DNA from: Kudoa neothunni
Taxonomy: Eukaryota; Animalia; Cnidaria
Direction of reading: 5' to 3'
Length of the DNA: 64,000 nt
Assembly: GCA_964304625.1 (NCBI GenBank)
Contig: OZ199840.1
Location: 1,458,717 to 1,522,716, forward strand
Positions 51,317 through 64,000 of this stretch are shown in pieces. The notes below the pieces were generated by a model that saw only the letters and a list, made by a program, of their open reading frames with translations, was not told where the DNA came from and made no database searches. Position 1 is the stretch's first letter. Every line of letters begins with the position of its first letter. A program made the translations under genes and the position numbers.

Positions 51317-52859
51317 TATTTAATTAATAACTGAAATATAGAATGATTTTTTGAAAATATATAATTTTTCGGTTAAAGTACGGGATAAGGACACTTTTCG
51401 GAATCTGTCACGATGCATCGGATCTAAAATATAACGTACAAAATAAGACAATGTAAATGGACTTCATTAATTATTCTGAAGAGAATTGATAAAATATTTT
51501 AAGAGGATATTTGTTTGAAATAATAATTTATAAAATTAGAGAGAAACAATTCCTATTTTGTATTGGTGATGCATCTGAATTTGCGTTTGATTAAATCTTA
51601 AATGACCTCCATTCGATGTATAGGAACACATTTGACAGTGTAAAACTTAATACTATGTTCCATGCTGTCTTTAAACTAAAATAAGTCGGTTAAATTATGA
51701 TAAGACGGTTATTTGTCCATCCACAGAGTTAATCTCTATTACAATTTTGAGTTATTATTTCTTCAAGAATGGCTTGGATGAGTTTCTCAGCAATGGCATG
51801 GAAAAAATTATCACTAGAATTAATCCCGCCCATGATCCAAATACAGTAGGTGACGACTCGTGCGCACTACCACGATTTAATGATTTACACAGTTTTGTTA
51901 CCAATTAAAATAAATCGAATAAAATCATAACAATTATAATGAATTATTAAAACCTTAGTTTTTGTTTTAGTTAGCTGCAAATAAGAATTAGCTCAAATTT
52001 ACGACTCCAGAGCACTTGACATGTCGTGGGTATTTGAAGAGAACCAAATAGTTTCGTTCTTTTAAAGATAAAGTGGATATAATGCCATATTATGAAAGAA
52101 TATCGAATGGGGAAAACAGAATAACTAAAATTCTCAATTATTTCAACTTATAATCTCTATTCTCTTTAAATAAGATTTTGAGTAATAAAGAATCCATTAT
52201 GAAATCTCATAATGGAATATAAATTACAAATAACCACCAAACATTCAAAAAAAGTAACTATTTATATGAATGACGCTCTAAGTTATTTGAGAAAAATGTA
52301 CAAATTTCTCAGAAAACGAAAAAATCAAATGTTATCTAAGGTCATAGATCTAGAAACGACGATTCACAATTCAAGAGAGTCAGGGCTTTACCAATAAAAT
52401 ATTAATAACTTTTTCAAACGAAAATTCAACTAATAAATATCATAAAAGTTTTTAGTTAAATTTTATTGAGTATATTAAATTTATCTTGATTACAGAAAAT
52501 AAGTTATTTGTTACGCAGCACTTCCTTAAGATGTAATAATTGATGAAGAAAGTTTTCTGCATATTTTTTATTTAAAATCGTCCAAAACTTATGATTAGAA
52601 TAAAAAATAATTTTTATTGTGGTATAATATGATGTGTGAATTGCATTTATTATTTCTTTTAAATTCTTGTCGACACAAATCATTTGTATTATCATCACAT
52701 TGTCTAAATAGGTTGTTTCTATAAATTAAAGTCAGGGACCGACTAGATTAATCACATTACACCTCTAAATCATTGTTATAAGAAAATTTATTTTTATTAA
52801 TATATTTAATAAAAATAAATACAAATAATGATAATGATAAATAAGAGAGATTAAATTGT

Positions 52860-53420
52860 TAGAGGGGGTATTAAAATTCGACTTTGTTCCCATACGTCAT
52901 GACGGGCCGTGGGCACCTTGGACCCAATTCCCATTTTTTGCCCACCACCCGTCACATACTGTATTCTGGTTTATGAGGACCCATCTGCGATGGTATTTTC
53001 GTTTACAAACTTGAGATTCGTTTATTTTCTCAATCACAGCAACACCATCAGTAGGAGACCCGTGAATAATGAAATATTCCATATAAATTTCTTGTGTGTA
53101 GTTTTCCAATCCACATATGATTTCTCGTGACGATATTTTTGTGTTTCATGTACATGCCATTACTTCCAAATACATCATGAAAAATATTTTTCATAATGAC
53201 AATTTAGCATCATAAAAAAGGATCTTACCTCAATTTAAGCCCGTTTTTTCATTGATAAGATCGAAACGTATGGCCGTCCAATGTGTAAAATTGTTTCAAT
53301 GCCATAACTTGGCGACATTGGCCACAATCCCTCGTTTTAGGAATCAACTCAACACGTTGTAAAATTCGATAAAATTTTCATTACAATTTTTAAACTTAAA
53401 AAAATCTTATAGAAGCCAAT
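52860..53420 (-). mobile_element. Merlin/ISXO2-like transposase remnant
   Basis: IEKINESQVCKRKYHRRWVL resembles VEIDES..KRKYHRGR. N-terminal zinc-ribbon debris at ~53260-53340. Confidence 0.7.
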
Positions 53421-56400
53421 CGCCAGTAAATAAGGAAGTCAAATTCATATTTGCGGTCAATTCGCGAACATTTCGGACTAGCACCGAAATGTGTCATTAT
53501 ACCTTGTACGTTAGCCTTATTTTTCAATTTTCGGAGCCAAATTAATATTCATAATAAAGAAAATATAACTGAAAGATGTATATTTAAATTACGCGATAAA
53601 CCTTACATATCGATCCTTGCAAAAGATTCATCAACATGAGAATCTCGTTCAAATTTTAAAAAATTATGAATTAAATATTGAAATGATAAATTTATAGAAC
53701 AAAATCCCTTTTTCAAAATTTTTTTAAATTAAAATCATAGCTGAGATCACTTCCCTTGAATATTTTGAAATTTATATTATTAATCTGGTAACGTGAATAT
53801 TTGTCCAAAATTTATCGGTTAAAAACTTGATTAGTTAGTTATTCTTTATATAATACCAGTTAAAATTAATATAAATATTATTTAAAAAATAAAAATTTAA
53901 AATAAAATTATCATTATATTTTAGTAACAAAAAAGTTCCCAATTTCTTTACCCTCTTGTGCCCAATTTTAAGTTGAATTATAAATGAACAAGAGAAAAAT
54001 TGCATTTCCATTGCGCTCTATTTAGAATTTCTCCAAAATAATTTTAAAATGTTATAGTATTTTTTATCTTTTTAATAAAATTAGAATACAGGTTCAAAAA
54101 TTTGAAATGGCGCCATTTCAAACAACGCAATTTATTTGTATGCATAAACGTAATATATTTCATAAAAGAATTATATTAATATTTAAAATTATTCTCGTGT
54201 ATCTGAAAAGTTTATTGTTAATTTAAAAAAGTTATACAGGACTTATTGCAGTGCATTATCTAATAAATCATTATTAATAATTATATAATATATCGACTTC
54301 ATGCGAAAAATTTATATATTAAAATTCCATCTGTTGTATCTCTTTTTAAAAGTTTCAGTCTTAAATATAGTTCGATATGGATTAGTTAATAAAGGAGTCG
54401 TCATCCAAAATAGCGCGAATGCACAATAATTGATCGATGTAAGCAGATTGATTATATTTAGCTATTGTTTAGAAATCAGGTTAAAATAAATGTATAATGC
54501 AATGTAGTGACACCGAGAATTTTTATAAATAGAGATGGTAGATAAAACTGGGTTTTTATTTGAGTTTCATTTTTTCCTGTAATTTGATCATTATGGCTTT
54601 AAATAAATTTTGTGAACATTTCCATTAGTTGAATCATTATAATTAACTATTACGTCGTAATATATCATCTTTGGGCCATTACAAATTTTTACATGAAAGG
54701 ATTAAAAATATTAAAGAATTAACGCGAATACCCAGCTTCGCCTGGCAGTAGGCAAAGAAATTTTTAAATTTTTAATTCTGTTTGTAAAGAAAAACCTTAA
54801 TCTCATACATTTTTAATAGTAAGCTAAAAACAGAAAAATTTTATTTCTCCGTTTTGTGTGATCCGACTTCATGTTTTTTATTATTTTTTAATTTTATTAA
54901 ATTACTTTAACCTATATATGCATAGATTATCTGTTAAATATAGACGGAAGAATATGACTACGATTAATGATTGTTTGTTAGCGTATTTTGTGTATTACTG
55001 GCATCTACGACTCATTTGAAAAATTCTGAACACAAATAATTAAAAAAACACTAACTTAAGGTTTTATAACATTGTGTATTTTCGAAAAACTTTTCGAAAC
55101 AAATCAATTATTTTTATTACAAAATCGAGGATTGGTCTGTATACTATAAGAGAGGAAATATACAAAAATGCGAATGACGTACTATAAAATAATAATGTCA
55201 ACTATTTTTTCTTCCTTATGATTTTATGAAGGATTTTAATCTGATTTTAAACAAACATCTGTCAACTGGAAATAATAGTTTGGCTATTATAACATGATCT
55301 TTCAGTTTTTAACTAAATCTCTCATTACTTTTAAAAAAAATGAATATTGGTTCAACTAAAATTTATTAACAATGTATGATTAAGTCTAAAATGTAAAGAT
55401 TTTTTTGAGTTGAAAAATTACAATGATGTAAAAATGTCAATTAGTATTATTGAAGGAATGCTCCTTTGAAAATAAAATTACTATTAGTTAATATCGAAAT
55501 AAATTTTGTATTTAACTATTTTTAGATTAATAGAGACTTTGTAAGAATACCGTTTGGATTGAATAAATCAAGAATTTCAATTGACTAACATAGCACATAA
55601 TGAGAGTGGACTGTATTGTTTCAAAAATAATCGTGAATATAAATGCTTAAACTGCCTAAAATAGAGCATGAGGTATGATCTATTTTAATGTAGTTCTTAC
55701 GTCATTATTATTTGTAATGGAAAGAAAACTTAATATTGATTTGAATATTAACGTTATAATACGAAAGTAGGAAATAATCAGATTTATGTAAGCTTAAAAA
55801 TTACTCAATAATTATCTCATTAAATATAGAAAACTACTGAAGTCGTTACATTATTTATTTCGCGAGAAAGTTCAGATAAACGAAAAATCAGGATAGGCTT
55901 AACGGAAAACTATATATAGTGTCAATTTTAATCGATAGATTTGATAAAAATAAATTTACAGGTCTTTGGCATTGTAATAAAGTATAAGTTTCATTTTGGA
56001 AGCCATAACAAAAATTTAATAATACAAAAACTCAGCACACGTCTTACATTCTTTGTAAAATGCTTGTAAAGCCACACAGTAAAATATTTTGACATATTCT
56101 TCATTTCATCTTTAAATGGAATATTATTTAAAAAAGAGGAAATAGAGAACGTTATTAAGAGCGAAATCCCCCCAAAAGATTCAAATGATGAGATTGATCA
56201 GCAAGGTTTTTACTTGTTAACTAGCGCGAATTGTCTAGCGTTGCATGGGGAAGATTTCGCGTAGATGCATTTCTTAATAATATTCAAAAAATATATTTAA
56301 GTTTCAAATTAACCCGTATATGAAAAATAACTAAAAATTTGTAAGTGACATATTTTCAGCGAATTGGATTAGCGGAATTTAAATTACGATCATTTCTGTG

Positions 56401-57889
56401 AGGGAAAGTATCAGTCCTGGCGTTCACTTAAAAATTTCATGGCCCGGCACTAACACTGAATAATTTATTGTCAGCGTCGTGTTTTTTTGCATTCTCGAAT
56501 TATTTAAAGCCCCTTAAAATGTTACCCTAAACGTTATTTTTGACCAGCTCAGAAGGTTTGTGCACCAATGTTAACGGGAGACAAATAAACAGAAAAAGAT
56601 ATGAAGATAGAAGAAAATAGATAAAAATTAATTTTTATTGCTCAAATTAACATCCTTTGTCATGACAAGAGCTTAACTCACTATTATCCATTAAAAACCA
56701 CAAATCACTTCAAGTATGACATAAACAATTTAAATAATTGGATAGAATAAAAGTACACCAATCTGCGTTTAATTTAATCACGGAAGTTAAACTTAGCGAA
56801 CGATTTCAATGAAATCTACCGACGCAGTATTTCCATTATAATGCTTCAATCTATGTAATTTTACGTTCTCCACCAATTAGTTATCACGGAACATATATGG
56901 ATTTTTTATCGTATCTAAACCATTAATAGAACCTTCGAAAGGTGTTTATCAAGTCAAATATGTTAACTCCACAAATTAGGGGATGTATTTGCACCAACAT
57001 CCAAATACAAACGCCAACCATATACATAAAGATAGATGGCAACGCTTGATTGACATTTAATAGAACAGATAACAGTGTTTCCGAATCTTTTTTCTATTGC
57101 GCCTCACGTTTCTCAAATGTAATGATTTTTTAACTTAAACTGCTTATAATTTTGAACCAAGCTTCATGTCACATTAAAATTGGAAAATGACTTATATATA
57201 TTTTTTTTCTTTTTCATTATAATTAGAATTAAAATTTATTAGATCAGATCTAATTTAATTTGTAGATTGACTTTAAAAATTAACATTTTTACTTCTTCAT
57301 TTGGCCAAAAATCGCGTTAAGTTAAATTTGTGGTAATCGGTAATCCAACCCGCATCAGGCAAAACTTTTCTGTATTTGAGTTTTTAAACCGTAATTAAAT
57401 GATTAATATTGAAAATTAATCAATATTGTTTTTAGATAATTCAAAAAAGAGGGGATCGCGGTGATAAATGCGATAACATTGGAATTATAACCATTCCGAT
57501 TCTATTGAGCAAAAACCATGTTAAACGTTTTTATATTTTTTATATAAATTAATTAGTGCTTTTGTATTATTTTAAGATATTCATATCCACTTAAAAATAA
57601 ACAAGATCTAAAATCGAAGTATTGATTTGAATGTGTAGCACAATACCCAATTATTTCATCATTATCCATGTCCCACCAAAAATTTTCAACGCCCCACCGA
57701 TGTGAAACATTGCTTCAGCTTTATGTATATAGTAGATGATTGATGATTACAAATTTATAAAAATAGTTTCAAGTCTTATAAATCTTTATCAAAGCAATAT
57801 ATGCAAAATTATCCTTTAAAAATATCAAATAATCCCTTTCTTAGTAAACGCCTATAATTTTTTTAAATTAACCTAAATAAATAGAAATA

Positions 57890-59511
57890 GGCAGTGGCTA
57901 TTGGAACGGGAGGAATTTACTCCTAAATTAACATGCTTATAAAAATTTCAACTTCATTTTCCTAATAAACGATTTTTCGCTAAATAATTTCTAATTTTTG
58001 GGGAAGGATAATATGGTGGAATTTTCAAGGTTATTACTGGGAAGTGAGCCATTACATAACGTCATTTTGATTTGATAGATCACAGAAATAATAACATAAA
58101 CTTTCTGAAAAAATAAACCATTGTAATTTCAAAAATTTACTGTATGTTGTAAGCTTACTGTAAAATGAATTACCAAGTGCAGGAGCAAGCGCTATTATGT
58201 AAGACTTAGTAAACTACTGGTATTGGTTACTCTGTTTGTTAATATCTCTCTGATTTTATATGTTCTATTATTGATGATTATAATCCTATTTATTAAATAT
58301 TTTTTTCTAAAAGTTTAAAAGATGAATAGTTTGTACTAATGTATAACTCTTTCTATTTAAAGAAATGTTTCACTTAATTTATAAAATCGATAATTTTTTA
58401 TTTTGATTTAGACTGATTTATATTGAACAATGGATCATGAAAATTGATTATCGGCTAAAAATATTGTAATTATTAAGAAAAATTAAAGATAATAATTTGG
58501 ATGAAATTTTAAATTGATGTAATATCAATTACTCAACTCTGTACATGTTTAGTACCTAATCATTTCGGCAAGACAAATGAAATTCAGTTAGGCAAAATAT
58601 TCTCTAACAATAAGTCCGTAAGCGTAATTACGTTAGTAAGTATTAGTTGTAAATGGAGATTTAGATTTATCAAACACAAACCCATTTTTATATAATTAAA
58701 ATAGCATTATTGAACTCTCATCGGATAAACCACTAGCTCGGTCTAAAGACAAAAACAACCTATTTTTGGAAGAATAATTCCTAGCAAGCAAGAAAAACAT
58801 TTGGAAATTTTAGGATATATATAAATTATCGTGAGATAATTTATTATGATTTGGTGTTATCTTATCCATCTAAAATAAAGAGCGCTGATCGTCCCAGCGG
58901 GTCTACATCAACAGTTGTGGGTATTTCTATAAAGAGAAAAAAAATTATATGTGTGAAATAACGATCCTCGGTGGAAATAAAAATTCCCCAGTGCTATTAA
59001 TAGTCAAATAAATTACAGAATAAAAAAAATAATGCATCGTTATATAGCGAAAAGATAGGTCATTTATTAAGTAGAATATTAGACTAGCAGAAATAAAAAT
59101 ATAACATTTTAGGGGTTATGTAAACAGTGCATCATTTATCTCCACAAGAGTTGTAGAGTTTCTTGAATCATTCGCGCCCACCTTAAATTTACATCAATAA
59201 TTTTTGATATTTCACTTTGCATTATTCATATTACTCAGAATTAGAACAAATATAATAATATTTATAAATTAAAAACTGCTAATGAAGGATTTAAAAATAA
59301 TTTTTAACCATTGAATTCATTACCGGAAAACAAGAAAATGTGCCGCCATGGATTGCTTTTATAATAGTTCAACTTTTTGGCGAAAAAATTGTTTATTAGG
59401 AAAATGAAGTTGAAATTTTTATAAACATGTTAGTTTAGGAGTAATTTCCTCTCGTTGCAATATACAGTCCGAGCATGTGGATTAAACGGATCCGTCGCAA
59501 TAGCAACTGCC
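57890..59511. mobile_element. Non-autonomous element with ~100-bp TIRs (MULE-like)
   Basis: 57890-57985 is the reverse complement of ~59378-59511 (GGCAGTGGCTATT.../...AATAGCAACTGCC). Possible degenerate 9-bp TSD atagaaata/aaataaata. Superfamily uncertain. Confidence 0.7.
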
Positions 59512-59722
59512 AAATAAATATAAATCTCAAAGCGGTTTTTAATTTATATTTATATTCTACATGATAGTAAGAACTGGTTAAGTTCAAATTCGGGAATATA
59601 CTTAAAATAGCAAGAAAAAATATTTTAATATTATCCAAAACAATTATAAACTTCAAATGTTTTCGAAGAAATATTATTTTTAATTCAATTATAGCTAAAT
59701 CAGCCTTTATTAGTTATGGATT

Positions 59723-61185
59723 TTAGCTCTCATCTGTATTATTATCAACAGTAACGTCCCCGTCTTCCTTATAGATCTCTCCACATATTGCCAGACATTG
59801 TTCACTTGTTCTAAAATTATTCGAGTTTCCGCCATATCCTTTAAAATAAAATGCCTTGCATTTTTTCTTATCTTTAATATAATAATATCTCTTGGCTTTA
59901 AAATTCCCATCAGTCCATTCTCCCTGTTTTCCTAATGTACAAGTTTCTTCGACCTTTATTTCTTTTTTGTAACCTCCTAAATTATTTTTAATTACATTTA
60001 AACCAATAAAATTTTTAGCCTTATTTAGTCTGAATTTAATATTCTATAGAAAGTAAATAAGTTTGTACCTGCACCGCAATAACTGTGACACATTTCCATA
60101 GTGGGGAAACTATTCTCTGATTTAACGAAATCGGCCTGACCGCTTGGAACTGGACCGGTTTCCATGCGTTTACATACGTTATTTGTAGTATCGTAATAAT
60201 ATCTGAATATGGTATTTTCAGAAGTGCCATCTTCAGTTATAGATGTTTGTGAGGGATTACCTCCACATGCAGGAACTTTCTTGTTTTCATCAGTTATGCC
60301 ATTGCCATTAGCGGCGGTACTTGGATTTGCTATAGAAATAAAATTTGTAGCATTTAATAATAAGAATACGAAAACATGTTTCGACGCATTCTGAAAACGT
60401 GTTAAATGTTCCTCTAGTATTTGAATCTATTGAGGCCGCAGCAAAAGCACATTTATTGTTCTTGACATCAGCTATAATTGCGGTGCTTGGATCTTTATCT
60501 TTAACGTCGGGTCTTAGTGTACAGTCCAAGGAATTCGGGGACAAATATTTTTGTTTATCGCTGAGTAATTTTATTTTAGAATTATCAGCGTTTGTTAGTC
60601 CTCCATTCTTTTTATCTAATCAGGAGTGTTATTCGAGTGTGAATCTTTTTAATATCTCACTGAAGCAATATAAATAACATTTTTCTTCATTTTCATATCT
60701 GTTAAAACTTCCACCACAGCCATTATAGTGAAACTGTTCGCACTTAGCCGTAGTCTGATCAAAGTAGTACTGGATATAAGTATTCGTATTTTTAACGCAA
60801 TGACCAGGATGCATTGGTTTTTTGCATCCTTGGAGTTTTTCCCTTTGAGTCAACTTACCTTGAGAGAAGTTTCTTAATAAACCTAATTTAAATGACATAC
60901 CATGCATTTCACAAAGTCCTTTGGACGCAAAATTGTTATAATTTCCTTTGATTCCTCGGTATTCCAGAGGTTTACATTTAGAATCATTGATGTCAATAAA
61001 CCAACGGTCGATGACATTGTTCATGTTTTTCTCCACATCAATAGGCCAGTCTCCTTCATCTCTCTCATAAGACGGTAATATTGGATCTAGTGAATAACTA
61101 GAATAATTTCTCAAATATGGTCTTTACCGGTTAGACAATATGATATTGATAGAATTAATATTATTTTGCTGAAAAGAATTCTCAT
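59723..61185 (-). CDS. Secreted five-Kunitz-domain protein, copy 4 (divergent, inverted)
   Basis: Signal peptide MRILFSKIILILSISYCLT, same five domain exons and phase-1 introns, ends DVTVDNNTDES*. Frame intact. Confidence 0.92.
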
Positions 61186-62179
61186 ATTGTATCCTCAAAT
61201 ATTCGAAAAAAATCGGAACTAATAATAACCATTGACATATGAATTTAACAAATCTTTTTAACGCATAAATAAGATTATGGACAAATCAATAAGTTTTGTG
61301 TACTATATACATATATTATTGATTAATATAATTGTATTATCAATGTCACAAAATTTTAAGTATCAAGAAATATTTAGGTCTCATTATTTGGGGAACGACT
61401 GCGCAATATCTGGTTCACGTTGCGCTGAGAATTTTTATCAGAAATTAAACACTGACATCAGTTCACAACACATACATATTCATCATTAATGACGCCCTCT
61501 CCTTCCCTTTATAGAATTACTCGCGAATCTGACTCGTAAAGCCAGCGAACATACGCTTAGCTTAAAATCTTGAAATTCTCTAAGCCTCGTCACTTTGAAT
61601 ATAAACTTTCCCACTTTCATCCGTTTTGTAAATCACCGCCCTGTGGCATAAGCGACAAAACTTAAACTTATATATATAAAAAAAAATTTTTTTTAAATTT
61701 TGATTTTTTTAAAACCAATGTACTCACATGTTCTCCAGAACAACTTTTGACAAAATTGTTTTGCTTTTATACGAAAATAAGTATTACAGACGTAAATTGA
61801 TCTTTTCAATTTACGCATTGGCAAGTAAGATTTGTCTTCTTTAAATTAATATATATTATAATTATTTATTTACTTCTCTCAATAAATATATCAGATAACT
61901 AAATTCAACGTTTAATTGGATCAATATGGAATCGACAATTTCCATTTAATGATGCGCCTGAGATACGTAACGATTGTACTCAGATAACGAGTTTCTTATT
62001 TTTATCAACAGAATGTAATAATTCAATTGAACCTGAATTATCGTAAATATTTTGATAGGATAACAAATGTAAATTTTTTCAAGAAAATATGAAAGATCTA
62101 ATCATCCAATTGCAATACATTTCTACATATCAAGCATTTAACAAAAATAATCAAAGGAAAAATTTGAATTCCCTAAAGC

Positions 62180-63270
62180 TAATTCGTTTAAGTTGCTTTA
62201 ATATTTCTCTGAATTCATCCGTCCTCTCAACCAAATATTTCTTCCTGAAAATATACTCGTCAAAGTAACTAAAATATATTAAATACTCCTTTATATAAAA
62301 CTACTTTACCTTTGATAAAGATATTTTCTTGTCCCATTTTTTTGTAAAGAAATCTTTATCTGATGCCAGCAGCACTCAATAGTGTTGGTACGTGGGCCAT
62401 CAAGTGCCACTTAGGTTTCACTATGATTAACTACCCTATGCTAGCAACCAAGAGACGGAAGTATCTTGCAGACTTTAACAGCATCAGTTATGATAGTTGT
62501 GCCTAATATATTGGATTTAAGATTGATTTATATCCCCATTAACCTGGCAAAATATATTTTTTGATTAACGGAACCGAAACTTTATGATTTCTCTGTTTAA
62601 CGGACATAAAAAACATATTGTTGGAATCTCTTTCAATTCCCCCCAAAACCCATTGACCCATTACTTCACATCCTCTGTTATATTCGCGCATTCCAAATTC
62701 GCTCTCGTCAATTTCTGATATTTTTCCAAGACCCAAACTTTACGTTATATAAAAAATATAGTTAGATTTTACCTCTGATTGGTTTGCAATCCATAAGCAG
62801 AATTTCGGAAAAAATAAAACGAAATTCCTTTTTCAGGTCAATAATCGTATAATCAGGATATATTTCTAGATCATTTTTTATGAAATTATAGGGCATTTAT
62901 TTACCCAATAATTAATGAGAAGGAGTATTTTCTGAGTGAAAATATAATAATTTAACCATTATATACTTGCTTTTATTTTCAAATTAGAAAAGGAGAAAAT
63001 TAAATGGTTTGTTATGGAGATGGCTTTACGGCAGTATTTATTTATACATTTGTCATCTTAAATGATGCATCTATCTGTAGGCTCACTTTGCCGATTTTGC
63101 ATGTGTTACATGCACCTTCAAACTTATTAAGAAGTCCCTTTTCGAATAAAAAATCCATCATTCTCTGTTTATTCAAGCATAATTTTGAAATTCTATTTGT
63201 GTCAAACTCCTTAACCATCTCGAATTTGTAACCGCGTGAAAACCGTCTTGGAGTAAACAAACCCGACATT
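62180..63270 (-). mobile_element. Merlin/ISXO2-like transposase remnant
   Basis: GLGKISEIDESEFGMREYNRG...WVLGGIERDS...LIKKYILPG, and N-terminal DFLFEKGLL...CNTC. Many stops. Confidence 0.85.
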
Positions 63271-64000
63271 TATTAAGTAACCATAACGTAAATTATTAAT
63301 ATGTAATCCAATATTAAATATGTTTGACGTCAATTTTTCTTTTAAATCGTAATAGAAATAATTCGTAATGTTTGTTTTTAGAGGTTTAAAACTAGTAAAC
63401 ATAAGCTTATTATGCATTAATTCTTTGATTTTGCTAAATATAATCTTATAAAAGTTATAACATTATTAATATTTTTAAAAAATAAGAGTTTATGATTAAT
63501 TTATTCATTACAAGAACATGCATTTCTCAAATAAACTAGACCAAACATAACAATATACGAGATATGATATGCGTACTCTATATAATTAACATTTCCAGCA
63601 GTAATTTTTAAACATATATACCTACGAAAATTATAAAAACTAAAAATATGACTCTACTTTTAAAATAGATATCCGTAATGTAAGTTTTATTTTAACAATT
63701 TATGGGTTTTAATATTAATCCAACGTGAGTTTCAATATGTTTGACGCGTGCTCAGCACGAATCAGAAATTGTGCAGTCGAGTCGTTTTATTTTTCTTAAA
63801 ATTACACCAAACAAGCACATGTAGCATTTTTGAAACATTCTACATCTAATTTTAACAGATTTACCTAGTATATAGGGAGCAAATGTTTATTCTAATTGAC
63901 TATTACTCCGAAAAAAAAAACAATTATTAAATACTATACAGGTGCTTTTTAATCTGCTATTTGAGTAAACGACCAGAGAATACCTTACTTCTGATTGCGG

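Noticed and set aside
1-64000. Prokaryotic systems (IS1595 elements, CRISPR arrays, operons)
   Set aside because: Genes are spliced and eukaryotic, the IS1595-like hits are Merlin transposons, and no regularly spaced repeat array was seen.

Overview
Very AT-rich eukaryotic DNA with compact genes, mostly 40-50 nt GT-AG introns, and a heavy load of decayed DNA transposons (piggyBac, Merlin/ISXO2-like, pogo/Tigger, hAT, MULE) plus a tRNA-derived SINE. This style suggests a reduced parasitic animal such as a myxozoan cnidarian; that is inference, not shown. By hand-splicing I rebuilt eight genes: LRRC57 (-), a 7-domain cysteine-bridged FN3-like type I membrane protein I do not recognise (+), calreticulin (+), serine palmitoyltransferase subunit 1 (+), and four paralogues of a secreted five-Kunitz-domain protein (three +, one -). 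The best candidate for an undescribed system is the penta-Kunitz array. Only 1 of its 5 domains keeps all six cysteines, the reactive-loop regions vary between copies while the scaffolds are conserved, and the copies look like gene-conversion mosaics. Its splice signals could also drop single domains. Single-base frame breaks in calreticulin and the membrane-protein gene are most likely assembly errors but need checking.
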